Source: an uncultured Alphaproteobacteria bacterium (lineage in GTDB: Bacteria > Pseudomonadota > Alphaproteobacteria > HIMB59 > GCA-002718135). From it: a stretch of 64,000 nt of DNA. The stretch spans positions 23,678 to 87,677 of the forward strand of contig CACMQS010000006.1 in assembly GCA_902615845.1 (NCBI GenBank), written 5' to 3'. Below the pieces are notes generated by a model, which was not told the DNA's origin, searched no databases, and saw nothing but the letters and a program-made list of their open reading frames with translations. The first letter of the stretch is position 1. Every line of letters starts with the position of its first letter. Positions 52,829 to 62,946 of this stretch are shown one piece after another. A program made the translations under genes and the position numbers.

Positions 52829-52926
52829 AATTTCTCCCGGTTTAACCTCCACAGAAACAAAAACACCGGTTTATTCTGTGTGCTAGATTTAATTTGAATG
52901 CTCTATTATTATATTAAGTTATTTTT
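52829..52926 (-). promoter_or_regulatory. Structured 5' leader of rpsB-tsf (candidate S2 autoregulatory element)
   Basis: Minus-strand hairpin CACAGAA...TTCTGTG (52850-52856 pairing with 52874-52880) with an inner AAAC/GTTT stem. The 8-mer TAAACCGG occurs twice, at 52866-52873 in the hairpin apex and at 52837-52844 abutting the SD. This is the largest non-coding gap in the window. Confidence 0.45.
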
Positions 52927-55900
52927 TCAAGATATTTCTAAAGAATAATCTAAAATTTTAGATTTATTTAAATCATCAAGTTTTTTATATGATTTAATTG
53001 AATATTTATTGAAATCAAAATTTACTAATTTCTGATCCACTGTAATGAAGACATCAATAAAATTATCAAAATTGCCACTTTCTTTTTCTGCAAAGATATT
53101 ATCTTTTAATACATCCATATTTTTAATATTTGTATAAATATTAAATTTATAATTATTTTTAACAAAGGTTTTCTCCAAAGAATCTAGTGATCTTATTATA
53201 AAACGTGTATCAGTATTACTTTTCACAATATCAATATTAAATATTAATAAATTTCCTTCTTTTAATAATGGTCGGTATTTATATAAATTTTCACTAAATA
53301 TAGTTAATTCAAATTGAAAACTAGTTTCTGATACTGTTATAAATGCATATTTTTTTCCATCCTTATTTGATCTTTCTTTAATATCTAAAATAGCACCGCA
53401 AGCTTTAATGACGTTTGAGTCATAGCTTTCTGAATAGTTTCTGAAAGACATAATATTCTCTAATTCAAAAAACTTTTTTGGATAATGATTTAATGGGTGA
53501 TCAGAAAAATAAAATCCAATAACCTCTAATTCGTTAGAAAGAATTTCTGCATTCTTCCATTTTTCATAATTTTGATTAAATAAGTTTTTATCTTCAAAAG
53601 AAATCTCATTTTCTTCAAAAAGCATGTCTTGATTGATATTTTTCTCTCCTCCAAATAATTCAACAAATTTTGGTACATTATTAAATAATTTTGATCTGTT
53701 AACTTCTATACTATCAAAGGCTCCAGCCTGAATAAGTTTTTCAAGTTGTCTTTTGTTTATTACCTCCTTTGAAACTCTATTCATAAAATCAATGATACTT
53801 TTAAATTTGCCATTTTTATTTCTTTCATCAACCATACTAGAAATGGATTTTATACCAACACCTTTAATTGCTGCTAATCCAAATCTTATTGATTTTAAGT
53901 TGTCATTAATTTCAATTGAAAATAAAGGATCAGAAAAATTAATATCTGGCTTTAAAAAATTGATATTTAATCTTTCTATTTCTTGTTTAAGTAAAATAAT
54001 TTTTTCTGTTCTATCTATAGAATAGTTTAAAGTTGCTGTAAGAAATTCGTGAGGAAAATTAGCTTTTAGATAAGCAGTTTGATAAGATATTAAAGCATAT
54101 GCTGCTGCATGACTTTTATTAAAACCATAACCTGCAAATTTATCAACTAAATCAAATATTTTTGAAGCTTCTTTTTTATCAATATTATTTTGAACAGCAC
54201 CTTCTATAAATCTTGATTTTTGCATATCCATTTCATTTTGAATTTTTTTTCCCATTGCTCTTCTTAGTAAGTCTGCTTCACCTAAAGAATAATTTGATAA
54301 AACTTGTGCAATCTGCATTACTTGTTCTTGATAAACAATAATTCCATAAGTTTCTTTTAAGACGTCTTCTAACATAGAATGAAGATATTTGATTTCTTCA
54401 CGTCCATGTTTTCTATTACAAAAAGAAGGAATATTATCCATTGGTCCAGGTCTAAACAAAGCAACTACGGCTATTATTTCTTCAAATCTATCTGGTTGTA
54501 GTTGACGAAGTACGCTACCCATACCATTACTTTCCAATTGGAAGATTCCAACTGTGTCACCTTTACTTAACTGATCATATGTTTTTTTGTCATCTAGAGG
54601 TATGTTATTTATTAAAAAATTCTTATTCTTTTTAATTATCAATTTTATACAGTCATCAATGATTGATAATGTGGTTAATCCAAGAAAATCAAATTTTATT
54701 AGACCTGCTTCTTCAACGTATTTCATAGAAAATTGTGTTGCATTTGTATTGGTATTTTGATCTTTGTATAAAGGAACTACTTTAGATAATTTTTCATGAC
54801 CAATAACAACTCCTGCAGCATGTGTTGAGGCATGTCTGTGAGTTCCCTCAATTTTTAGACTAACATCAATAATATTTGAAATTCTTTCATCACTGCTTAT
54901 CCTTTCTTGTAAACTTCTCTCAGATTTAATTGACTCACTTAAAGTCAATGGATTTGATGGATTAAAAGGTATTAGTTTAGCAAAAGAGTCTACCTCTCCA
55001 TAAGGTACTTCCAAAACTCTACCAATATCTCTCACGGCAGCTCTTGATGCAAGTGTTCCAAATGTAATTATATGAGCAACACATTCATTTCCATATTTAT
55101 TATTTACGTATTCGATAACTTCATCTCTTCTAGTTTGACAAAAATCTATGTCAAAATCTGGCATTGACACTCTTTCTGGATTTAAGAATCTTTCAAATAA
55201 TAATTCATATTCTAATGGATCTAAATCTGTTATCCCTAAACACCAAGCTACTAAACTGCCAGCGCCTGATCCTCTTCCAGGACCAACAGGGATGGATTGC
55301 TCTTTAGCCCAATTAACAAAATCTGCTACTATTAAAAAATATCCAGCAAACCCCATTCTAATGATGATTTCATTTTCATATTTCAACCTATCTGTGTAAA
55401 TTTCTATATTCTTAATATTCTTTTCTTTTATTTTTTTTCCAAGTCCCAATTCTGAGGTTTTTAATAAAAAATCTTCTGCTGATAGATCTAAATCATTTTT
55501 AAATTCTGGTAATTGTGGTTTTGTTGATTCAGGAAAATAATTACAAGATAGAGAAATATTTAAATTATTTTGTATTATCTCAGGAATATCTTCAAAATTT
55601 TCATACATTTCTTCATTTGACTTAAAATAAATATTTTCATTAGAAGTATTTCTTTGAGAATTGTTAATTGTAGATTTTTGAGCAATACAAAGTAATGCAT
55701 CATGAGCTGAATAATCGTCTTTATTAGCGTATTTTATATTATTTGAACCAATGAGGGGTATGTCAAATTCTTTTGATAAATTAATAAATTCTTTTTCAAA
55801 AATATCGATATTTTGATCATTTATTCTTTGAATTTCAAAAAGAAAATTTTGCTTAAAAACTTTTTTAAAATTATCTATTAATTGAATGATATCTTTTTTT

Positions 55901-56331
55901 TTGTTTTCTTTGTTCAATAAAAGTAAAGGATTTAATTCACCGCCAATATAACAGAATAAACCTTCAGAAAATTTCTCTAATTGCGAAAAGTATATACCAA
56001 CATTATTTCCTTCATTAAGATGAGAAAGTGAGCTTAATTCTAATAGATTTCTATACCCAATTTCATTTTTGACTAAAAATGTAACTTGGGAAATTTGATT
56101 ATTTACAATAATATCTAATAAATTTATTGAGGTTCCAATTATAGGTTGGATATTATTTTTTACACATTCTTTGGAAAATTCAAAGACTCCAAACATATTA
56201 TTATTATCTGTAATGGCAATTGCAGGCATGTCATTTTTTTTAGCTAGATCTACTAAATTTGTAATTTTTAGAGTACTTTCTGATAAAGAATATGAAGATA
56301 AAGATCGTAAATGAATAAAAGGATTATTCAT
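52927..56331 (-). CDS. dnaE: DNA polymerase III alpha subunit
   Basis: PHP domain N-terminus FIHLRSLSSYSL, the polymerase core segment GKFKSIIDF, and an OB-fold region. At 1134 aa there is no intein-sized insertion. Confidence 0.96.
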   Translation of the reverse strand: MNNPFIHLRSLSSYSLSESTLKITNLVDLAKKNDMPAIAITDNNNMFGVFEFSKECVKNNIQPIIGTSINLLDIIVNNQISQVTFLVKNEIGYRNLLELSSLSHLNEGNNVGIYFSQLEKFSEGLFCYIGGELNPLLLLNKENKKKDIIQLIDNFKKVFKQNFLFEIQRINDQNIDIFEKEFINLSKEFDIPLIGSNNIKYANKDDYSAHDALLCIAQKSTINNSQRNTSNENIYFKSNEEMYENFEDIPEIIQNNLNISLSCNYFPESTKPQLPEFKNDLDLSAEDFLLKTSELGLGKKIKEKNIKNIEIYTDRLKYENEIIIRMGFAGYFLIVADFVNWAKEQSIPVGPGRGSGAGSLVAWCLGITDLDPLEYELLFERFLNPERVSMPDFDIDFCQTRRDEVIEYVNNKYGNECVAHIITFGTLASRAAVRDIGRVLEVPYGEVDSFAKLIPFNPSNPLTLSESIKSERSLQERISSDERISNIIDVSLKIEGTHRHASTHAAGVVIGHEKLSKVVPLYKDQNTNTNATQFSMKYVEEAGLIKFDFLGLTTLSIIDDCIKLIIKKNKNFLINNIPLDDKKTYDQLSKGDTVGIFQLESNGMGSVLRQLQPDRFEEIIAVVALFRPGPMDNIPSFCNRKHGREEIKYLHSMLEDVLKETYGIIVYQEQVMQIAQVLSNYSLGEADLLRRAMGKKIQNEMDMQKSRFIEGAVQNNIDKKEASKIFDLVDKFAGYGFNKSHAAAYALISYQTAYLKANFPHEFLTATLNYSIDRTEKIILLKQEIERLNINFLKPDINFSDPLFSIEINDNLKSIRFGLAAIKGVGIKSISSMVDERNKNGKFKSIIDFMNRVSKEVINKRQLEKLIQAGAFDSIEVNRSKLFNNVPKFVELFGGEKNINQDMLFEENEISFEDKNLFNQNYEKWKNAEILSNELEVIGFYFSDHPLNHYPKKFFELENIMSFRNYSESYDSNVIKACGAILDIKERSNKDGKKYAFITVSETSFQFELTIFSENLYKYRPLLKEGNLLIFNIDIVKSNTDTRFIIRSLDSLEKTFVKNNYKFNIYTNIKNMDVLKDNIFAEKESGNFDNFIDVFITVDQKLVNFDFNKYSIKSYKKLDDLNKSKILDYSLEIS

Positions 56332-57013
56332 TCTTTAAATGTATTTTCTTATTTTTAAAATAATAAATTTCATCAGCTAATAAAGAATACGTTTTGTTAT
56401 GAGTAACATATACTAAAGTTTTTTTATTTTGTTTGATATAATTTATAAAAAATTTAAAAATATTGTTAGCAGTATTTTCATCAAGATTGCCAGTCATCTC
56501 ATCAGCTAAAATTAAATCTGGATCATTTACCAAAGATCTTGCAATAGCGACTCTTTGCTGCTCTCCTCCTGATAATTTTAAAGGTTTATAATTTATTCTT
56601 TCATTTAAACCAAATTCAAGAAGTAGTTTTTTAGAAATTTCATAACTTTTCTTTTCATTTTTATTTATTAATAATGGAAGCATAACATTCTCGATCACAG
56701 TGAGTTCAGGAATCAGATGAAAAAATTGATGAATAAAACCAATTGATAATCCTCTAATTTTATTTGTTTCATCTTTAGAGCATAAAGAAATATCTTTATT
56801 CTTAAAATAAACTTTTCCATCATATACAGAGTCAAGTAAACCAATAATATTAAGAAAAGTAGTTTTGCCTGAACCTGAAGGCCCAACAATCGCAACTTTA
56901 GTGTTTTGCATTAATTTAAAATTTAAATTTTTAATTATCTCAATTTTTGAATTATTTTCATTTGTATAATTTTTACAAAGATTGGTTATCTCTAATAAAA
57001 ATTTATTATTCAC
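56324..57013 (-). CDS. lolD: Lipoprotein-releasing system ATP-binding protein
   Basis: Walker [10 protein letters not shown], signature [13 protein letters not shown], and Walker B LILADE. It is adjacent to the Lol permease gene. Confidence 0.9.
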   Translation of the reverse strand: MNNKFLLEITNLCKNYTNENNSKIEIIKNLNFKLMQNTKVAIVGPSGSGKTTFLNIIGLLDSVYDGKVYFKNKDISLCSKDETNKIRGLSIGFIHQFFHLIPELTVIENVMLPLLINKNEKKSYEISKKLLLEFGLNERINYKPLKLSGGEQQRVAIARSLVNDPDLILADEMTGNLDENTANNIFKFFINYIKQNKKTLVYVTHNKTYSLLADEIYYFKNKKIHLKNE

Positions 57014-58256
57014 TTCTTAAACTTTTAACAGGGTCTATTCTAGCAGAACTTAAAGCTGGAAATATAGTTGATATAATTGATATGATTATTGCTACACAAA
57101 GTACGTAAACAACCTCATTTATGCTAATTTTTGAAGGTAAAGATGACAAATAATAAATTTCTTCAGAAAACAGTTTTGTTCCAAGTAAATATTCTAAAAA
57201 ACTTTGAATTGATTTAATATTTATTGTGAAAAGAATTCCAATTATTAATCCTATTAAAGATCCTATTAAACCAATTGAGATTCCAATAGTAAAAAATATT
57301 TTTATAATACTTTTATTACTCATTCCAATAGTTTTCAAAATTCCAATATCTTTGTTTTTTTCTTTTACAAATATAATTAAACCTGAAATTATATTTAATG
57401 ATGCAACTAAGATAATTAAAGAAAGAATAATAAACATAACATTCTTTTCAACCTTAAGTGCATTTATTAAAGTTTTATTTTGATCTTTCCAAGATATTGA
57501 ATAAAAATTTAATAACAGATTAGATGTTTCTAATTCTACTTTATTTTTAAATAATTCAATTTCATTAGGAGATGATGTAAAGAATTCAATTTTGTTATAT
57601 ATATCTTCATCATATAAAAGTAATTTTCTAACAAGTTCTGAAGATAAAAAAATTAAATTTGAATCATATTCATATAAACCTAGATCAAATACACCTACTA
57701 CCTCCAAAGTTTTAAATCTTGGAATATTTCCTAAAATTGTTTTATCAGTCTTTGGAATTGCAATTTTAACCTTATCTCCCACACTTAAATTCATTTCATT
57801 CGCTAAGGAGTCTCCAATTAATATTTCACTTTTTGGATTTTGAATTAATGCACCCATATTAATTGAATTAAACAAATAATGATTTTTATCATATTCGTCG
57901 TAGCCTTTGATCATAACACCTTTTGAGTTATTTGATTTTATAATTAATCCATTTGTTTCAATAGATTTGTAGTGTTGGTAAAATAAAGAATTATCAATAT
58001 TCAATATTAGTTCATCAGCTTGCTTATTTGTTATCTCATTATCAAAACTATAAATATTAAGATGTGAATTAAGTCCTATTATTCTTTTTGTTAGATCAAT
58101 TCTAAAACCATTCATAACAGACATTACTATAATAATTGCTGCTACTCCTAAACTAATACCTATTATTGAAAACCAAGCGAAAATAGACACATAGCCATCA
58201 GATTTCTTAGAGAATAAAAATCTAAAAATCAGTAATCGTTCTGATTTAGAAATCAT
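57006..58256 (-). CDS. lolC: Lipoprotein-releasing system permease (single LolC/E-type gene)
   Basis: 416 aa with MacB/FtsX-type topology: TM1, a large periplasmic loop, and three C-terminal TM segments. It is located upstream of lolD. Confidence 0.88.
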   Translation of the reverse strand: MISKSERLLIFRFLFSKKSDGYVSIFAWFSIIGISLGVAAIIIVMSVMNGFRIDLTKRIIGLNSHLNIYSFDNEITNKQADELILNIDNSLFYQHYKSIETNGLIIKSNNSKGVMIKGYDEYDKNHYLFNSINMGALIQNPKSEILIGDSLANEMNLSVGDKVKIAIPKTDKTILGNIPRFKTLEVVGVFDLGLYEYDSNLIFLSSELVRKLLLYDEDIYNKIEFFTSSPNEIELFKNKVELETSNLLLNFYSISWKDQNKTLINALKVEKNVMFIILSLIILVASLNIISGLIIFVKEKNKDIGILKTIGMSNKSIIKIFFTIGISIGLIGSLIGLIIGILFTINIKSIQSFLEYLLGTKLFSEEIYYLSSLPSKISINEVVYVLCVAIIISIISTIFPALSSARIDPVKSLRSE

Positions 58257-59552
58257 CTATTTTTTTAACTTATTATTAATAAAGTCAATTACACTACTTG
58301 ATGAAATTTTTTCACTTTCATTATTCTGGCGATTTTTTATTTCTACTAAATTATCTTTTAAATCTCTTTTGCCAACAATAATTTGATATGGTGTCCCAAT
58401 TAACTCATTATCAGATAATTTTTTTCCTATACTGCAGATTCTATCATCTAAAATGACTTCAATATTATTTTTCATAAAATATTCATAATATTCTGATGAT
58501 TTTGTGGCACAATCTTGATCTTCTGGCATTAAATTAACTATGGAAACCTTAAATGGAGCAACATCTAAAGGCCACCTAATTCCTTTTTCATCATGATAAG
58601 CTTCGATAATTGCGCCCACAAGTCTTGAAACACCAATGCCATATGATCCCATATGCACTGGAACATTTTTCCCACTTTTATCTTGAACAAATGCATTTAA
58701 TTTCTCAGTATATTTTGTTCCAAAATAAAATATATGACCTACTTCAATGCCCTTAGAAATTTTTAAATCTTCATTTGAAATTGGGCAATTTTTTTCATCA
58801 TGTTGATCATCAACTGCAGCATAATATGACTGCAATTCATTTGGATCTATAGTTTCAGGGTTTAGTGTTTCTAATTTTTTATCGTAATAAAGTGTGCTTT
58901 CACCAGTCTTGGCTAGTATTTGAAATTCATGACTTAAGTTACCTCCAATTGGTCCTGTTTCTGCTCTTAAAGAAATTGGTGTTAAACCCATTCTAATAAA
59001 AGTTTTTATGTATGCTTTAAACATATTGTCATAAGATTTTTTTGCTTCGCTTTCATCAAGATCAAATGAATAATTATCCTTCATTAAGAATTCTCTTCCT
59101 CGCATTACTCCAAACCTAGGCCTAACTTCATCTCGGAATTTCCATTGAATATGATAAAGATTTTTTGGAAGATCTTTGTAAGAATTTATATGTGATTGAA
59201 ATATATCTGTAATTAATTCTTCATTTGTTGGGCCGTAGAGCATTTCCCTTCCACTTCTATCTGTAATCCTTAACATTTCTTTTCCATAATCATCGTATCT
59301 TCCTGATTTAATCCATAAATCAGAAGATTGAATCGTAGGCATAAGTAGTTCTACTGCTCCTGCATTATTTTGTTCCTCTCTAACAATCTGTTCAATTTTT
59401 TTTAATACAAGTAGACCTAGAGGTAACCACGAATAAATACCTGCACTAGATTGTTTAATCATGCCAGCTCTAATCATTAATTTATGTGAAATTATTTCAG
59501 CATCTGATGGTGCATCTTTAATAGTGGGAAGGAAAAAGTTAGAATATTTCAT
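58257..59552 (-). CDS. proS: Proline--tRNA ligase (short alphaproteobacterial type without the large INS editing domain)
   Basis: Class II core and a C-terminal anticodon-binding domain. At 431 aa it is too short to contain the ~180 aa INS insertion. Confidence 0.93.
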   Translation of the reverse strand: MKYSNFFLPTIKDAPSDAEIISHKLMIRAGMIKQSSAGIYSWLPLGLLVLKKIEQIVREEQNNAGAVELLMPTIQSSDLWIKSGRYDDYGKEMLRITDRSGREMLYGPTNEELITDIFQSHINSYKDLPKNLYHIQWKFRDEVRPRFGVMRGREFLMKDNYSFDLDESEAKKSYDNMFKAYIKTFIRMGLTPISLRAETGPIGGNLSHEFQILAKTGESTLYYDKKLETLNPETIDPNELQSYYAAVDDQHDEKNCPISNEDLKISKGIEVGHIFYFGTKYTEKLNAFVQDKSGKNVPVHMGSYGIGVSRLVGAIIEAYHDEKGIRWPLDVAPFKVSIVNLMPEDQDCATKSSEYYEYFMKNNIEVILDDRICSIGKKLSDNELIGTPYQIIVGKRDLKDNLVEIKNRQNNESEKISSSSVIDFINNKLKK

Positions 59553-59782
59553 TTATTAAATATATTTGATAAATCAAATCCAAATAAAATCAAAAAAAAT
59601 AAAATTAAAGCTGATATTAATGAAGTTGCTATAAATTTTATTAGAAGATATGGCTTACTTGGAGCACTTTTTGCATGTCCAGATTCTACTTTTTGGGGTA
59701 CTTTTATCTTAATCGGTAGGAGTATGAAAAATAAAATCCACCAAACAAGGATAAAAATTAGAACATGAGTAAATAGTGCCAT
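59549..59782 (-). CDS. Small membrane protein, DUF1467-like
   Basis: 77 aa with two TM segments and an N-terminal WWILFFILLP segment. It sits between rnj and proS. The family assignment is from memory of the motif. Confidence 0.7.
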   Translation of the reverse strand: MALFTHVLIFILVWWILFFILLPIKIKVPQKVESGHAKSAPSKPYLLIKFIATSLISALILFFLILFGFDLSNIFNK

Positions 59783-61455
59783 TAAGATCGTATTAAATGA
59801 ACTTCAATTTCTGGTTTTTTTTGAATTGAATTTTTTATAATCTTTCTAAAACTACTTTTAACTAAGTCAGATACTATAAGATCTGATGATTTTTGATCTT
59901 TGTTAAGTTTTGTATAGTTTTCTATAAAAAGTATTTTAAAATCATTTTTAATATTTTCTTCATCTATTCCCGGCAATCCTTTTAAAGTAAGTAACATATT
60001 TTTATTAATTGAATAGTCATCATCATTGATAATTAAAGAAATTAAAACTAGCCCCTCAAATGAATATTTCCTTCTCTCTTTAATAAAAGCAGATTCAGAG
60101 TCGTAAAGATTTTTACCCTCAACAATTAACTTTCCAGTTTCAAATTTTTCTACAATTTTAGGTTCACCTGGTGCAATTTTGAGACATTTTCCATTTTCTA
60201 AAATTTTAGTAAATGGTACTTGAGATGAGTAAGATAATTGTTTATGTGCCTCTAGATGCATAGGTTCACCATGCACAGGAATAGATAGGTAGGGTTTCGT
60301 CCAATTATACATTTGTTTTATTTCATCTGCATAACCATGACCTGAAACATGTACTAAATCATCATCAGCTGTTACTATCTCAACTCTTTGTCTAACAAGT
60401 AAGTTCTTTAAATTATTTATTGATTTTTCATTACCAGGAATATCTCTAGAGCTAAAAATGACTACATCTTCAGGCTCTAAATGTAAATGTTGATGAGAAT
60501 TATAAGCTATTCTAAAAAGGGCAGATCTTTTTTCACCCTGACTACCAGTACAAATTATGACTAAATTTTCTCTTGGTATATAAGAAGCTTCATCTTCACT
60601 TATAAAAATTTCATCATCTGCAACATAACCACATTTTCTTGCTACCTCGATATTTTTTTTCATACTTCTTCCAACAAGAGCGACCTTTCTTTTATTTTTT
60701 TTTGCTGCGTGAATAATATTTTTCATTCTTGCAATATTTGAAGAAAAACATGTAACAACAATTCTATTAGAAAATCTTGAAAATACACTTGTCAGTTCAT
60801 CCCTAACGTCATTTTCAGATTCTGATTTACCAGGCACATTTGCGTTAGTAGAGTCACCTATTAAGGCAAGTAATCCATCATTTCCTAATTTTTCAAATTT
60901 TTCTTTTGAAAATGAGTCTCCTAAAGTAGGTGAATGATCTATTTTCCAATCAGCAGTATGAAGTAATGATCCATATGTTGTTTTAATTACAATTGCAGTT
61001 GGTTCAGGAATTGAGTGTGTAGTTGGAATAAAACTTATATCAAAATTATTGAGTATTAATTTCTTTTCTAGATTTATCTCTTCTAAAGTAAATCCTTCTA
61101 CTTTATTGAATTCTTTTAGCCTATTTTCAATAAGAAATTTTGCAAATTTACTTGCATATACTGGACATTTAATTTTATTTGCTAAGAACGCAACAGCTCC
61201 TGCATGATCTTCATGACCATGGCTGATTATAATTGCCTCGAGATTATCTTCTAAACTTTCAATATGATCAATTTTTGGTACTAATAAATCTACACCAGGA
61301 AACTTTTCATCTGCAAATGAAAGACCTAAATCTATCATTATCCATTTTCCATCACATCCGTAAAGATAACAATTTGCACCTATTTCTCCAATACCTCCAA
61401 GAGATAAAAAGTGTAGTCCTTCATTAAAATCATTTAGTTGTAAATTATTACTCAT
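59782..61455 (-). CDS. rnj: Ribonuclease J (metallo-beta-lactamase / beta-CASP)
   Basis: HGHEDHAGA motif and beta-CASP-region His and Asp residues. The length is 557 aa. Confidence 0.92.
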   Translation of the reverse strand: MSNNLQLNDFNEGLHFLSLGGIGEIGANCYLYGCDGKWIMIDLGLSFADEKFPGVDLLVPKIDHIESLEDNLEAIIISHGHEDHAGAVAFLANKIKCPVYASKFAKFLIENRLKEFNKVEGFTLEEINLEKKLILNNFDISFIPTTHSIPEPTAIVIKTTYGSLLHTADWKIDHSPTLGDSFSKEKFEKLGNDGLLALIGDSTNANVPGKSESENDVRDELTSVFSRFSNRIVVTCFSSNIARMKNIIHAAKKNKRKVALVGRSMKKNIEVARKCGYVADDEIFISEDEASYIPRENLVIICTGSQGEKRSALFRIAYNSHQHLHLEPEDVVIFSSRDIPGNEKSINNLKNLLVRQRVEIVTADDDLVHVSGHGYADEIKQMYNWTKPYLSIPVHGEPMHLEAHKQLSYSSQVPFTKILENGKCLKIAPGEPKIVEKFETGKLIVEGKNLYDSESAFIKERRKYSFEGLVLISLIINDDDYSINKNMLLTLKGLPGIDEENIKNDFKILFIENYTKLNKDQKSSDLIVSDLVKSSFRKIIKNSIQKKPEIEVHLIRS

Positions 61456-62209
61456 AAAAATGTTTGTTACCGATTTCTTTTATTCCTTCTAATGTCAAAT
61501 GTTCCATATATATAGGTTTATAAATAATTTTATCCCTAAATATTTTACCTAGACCACCCGTAATATAGACTTTGGGCTTAAAGTTATTCTCCTTAATAAT
61601 TTGCTTTAATATGCCATTAACTGCATGCAAATAACCAAAATAGAAACCTGATTGAATAGAAGCTGATGTATTATTATTAACAATTTTATTTGATTTAGAG
61701 ATTTTTGAAGTTTTTATTAACTCAGCATTTTTTAAAAGTGTCTCCATTGAAAGATTTATACCTGGAAAAATTAATCCACCTAAATATTGATTATTTTTAA
61801 TGACATCGAAAGTAGTAGCTGTACCAAAGTCGAGAATTATACAGTCTTTGATTTTCTTACTATATACATAGGCATAGTTTGCTATTCGATCACTTCCAAT
61901 TTGATTTAAATTATAATTGATACTATTTCTAAATGATATTTTTTTGGGATTAACTACATAAAATTTGAATTTATTTTTTTGAAAAATATTTTTTAAAATT
62001 AAATTTAAAGAAGGCACAACAGAGGACAAGATACAAAATCTATCTTTAAGATTATTAATCAATTTTTTGTTAGATTTAAAAAATTTATTTATTTCTTTTT
62101 TTGTAATATTGATTTTTTTTTCTGTTTTTAATCTAATAATTTTAATTAATTTATTTTTTGTATAAAAACCTATAACTATATTCGTATTACCTACATCTAT
62201 AACAATCAT
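61448..62209 (-). CDS. coaX: Type III pantothenate kinase
   Basis: N-terminus MIVIDVGNTN, DFGTATTFD, and TGGL motifs. Confidence 0.93.
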   Translation of the reverse strand: MIVIDVGNTNIVIGFYTKNKLIKIIRLKTEKKINITKKEINKFFKSNKKLINNLKDRFCILSSVVPSLNLILKNIFQKNKFKFYVVNPKKISFRNSINYNLNQIGSDRIANYAYVYSKKIKDCIILDFGTATTFDVIKNNQYLGGLIFPGINLSMETLLKNAELIKTSKISKSNKIVNNNTSASIQSGFYFGYLHAVNGILKQIIKENNFKPKVYITGGLGKIFRDKIIYKPIYMEHLTLEGIKEIGNKHFYE

Positions 62210-62943
62210 TAAATTATTCTAGCATTATATATATTTTCAAAATTAATATTATTTTTTAAAGTGATTGAACCATCTGGGTTAAGATTATGAAATATTCCTT
62301 GTTTTACATTTTGTTCATCAATTTTTAAATTAATGTTGCTTCCTAAATATAATAATCTACTTTTATATTCAGTCATAATTTTTTCGTGGTTATTTAGCAT
62401 TTGTTTAAAATTTTTAAAATACTCTTCCATAATTTCATATACAAAATAAAAATTGTTAATTTCTTTATTGTATTTATTAATATTAGTTGTTGGATAATTT
62501 TCAATTTTTGGAGAAGATACTATATTAACTCCAAAACCAGTATTGATATATTTATCACTTTTGATACTAAATATTTCAGAAATTATTCCAGAAATTTTTT
62601 CTTTATTAATTAAAATATCATTTGGCCATTTAATTTGAGTTTTAACATTACAAATATTTTCAATCACAGAACAGATCATATTAGTAATAAAAGCATTATT
62701 TAAAAAATGATTTTCTATTGGTAATATATTTTTAGATAAAATAGAAATATAGACATTATTTTTTGGACTTTCCCAAGTTGTTCCTCGTCTTCCAAATCCT
62801 TTTTTTTGTTCATTTGCCATCAAACATATATCTCTATTATCAATAATTTTTTTAACCTCTGACATTGTAGAGTCTACAGATTCAATAAAATGAAAATCAA
62901 AATTGTTTTTATCTAATAGATTTTTAATTTTATCTAATGACAT
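62209..62943 (-). CDS. birA: Biotin--[acetyl-CoA-carboxylase] ligase (no N-terminal HTH domain)
   Basis: GFGRRGTTWESP (GRGRxGRxW-type) and KWPNDI motifs. At 244 aa it is a group I enzyme. Confidence 0.9.
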   Translation of the reverse strand: MSLDKIKNLLDKNNFDFHFIESVDSTMSEVKKIIDNRDICLMANEQKKGFGRRGTTWESPKNNVYISILSKNILPIENHFLNNAFITNMICSVIENICNVKTQIKWPNDILINKEKISGIISEIFSIKSDKYINTGFGVNIVSSPKIENYPTTNINKYNKEINNFYFVYEIMEEYFKNFKQMLNNHEKIMTEYKSRLLYLGSNINLKIDEQNVKQGIFHNLNPDGSITLKNNINFENIYNARII

Positions 62944-62946
62944 TAA

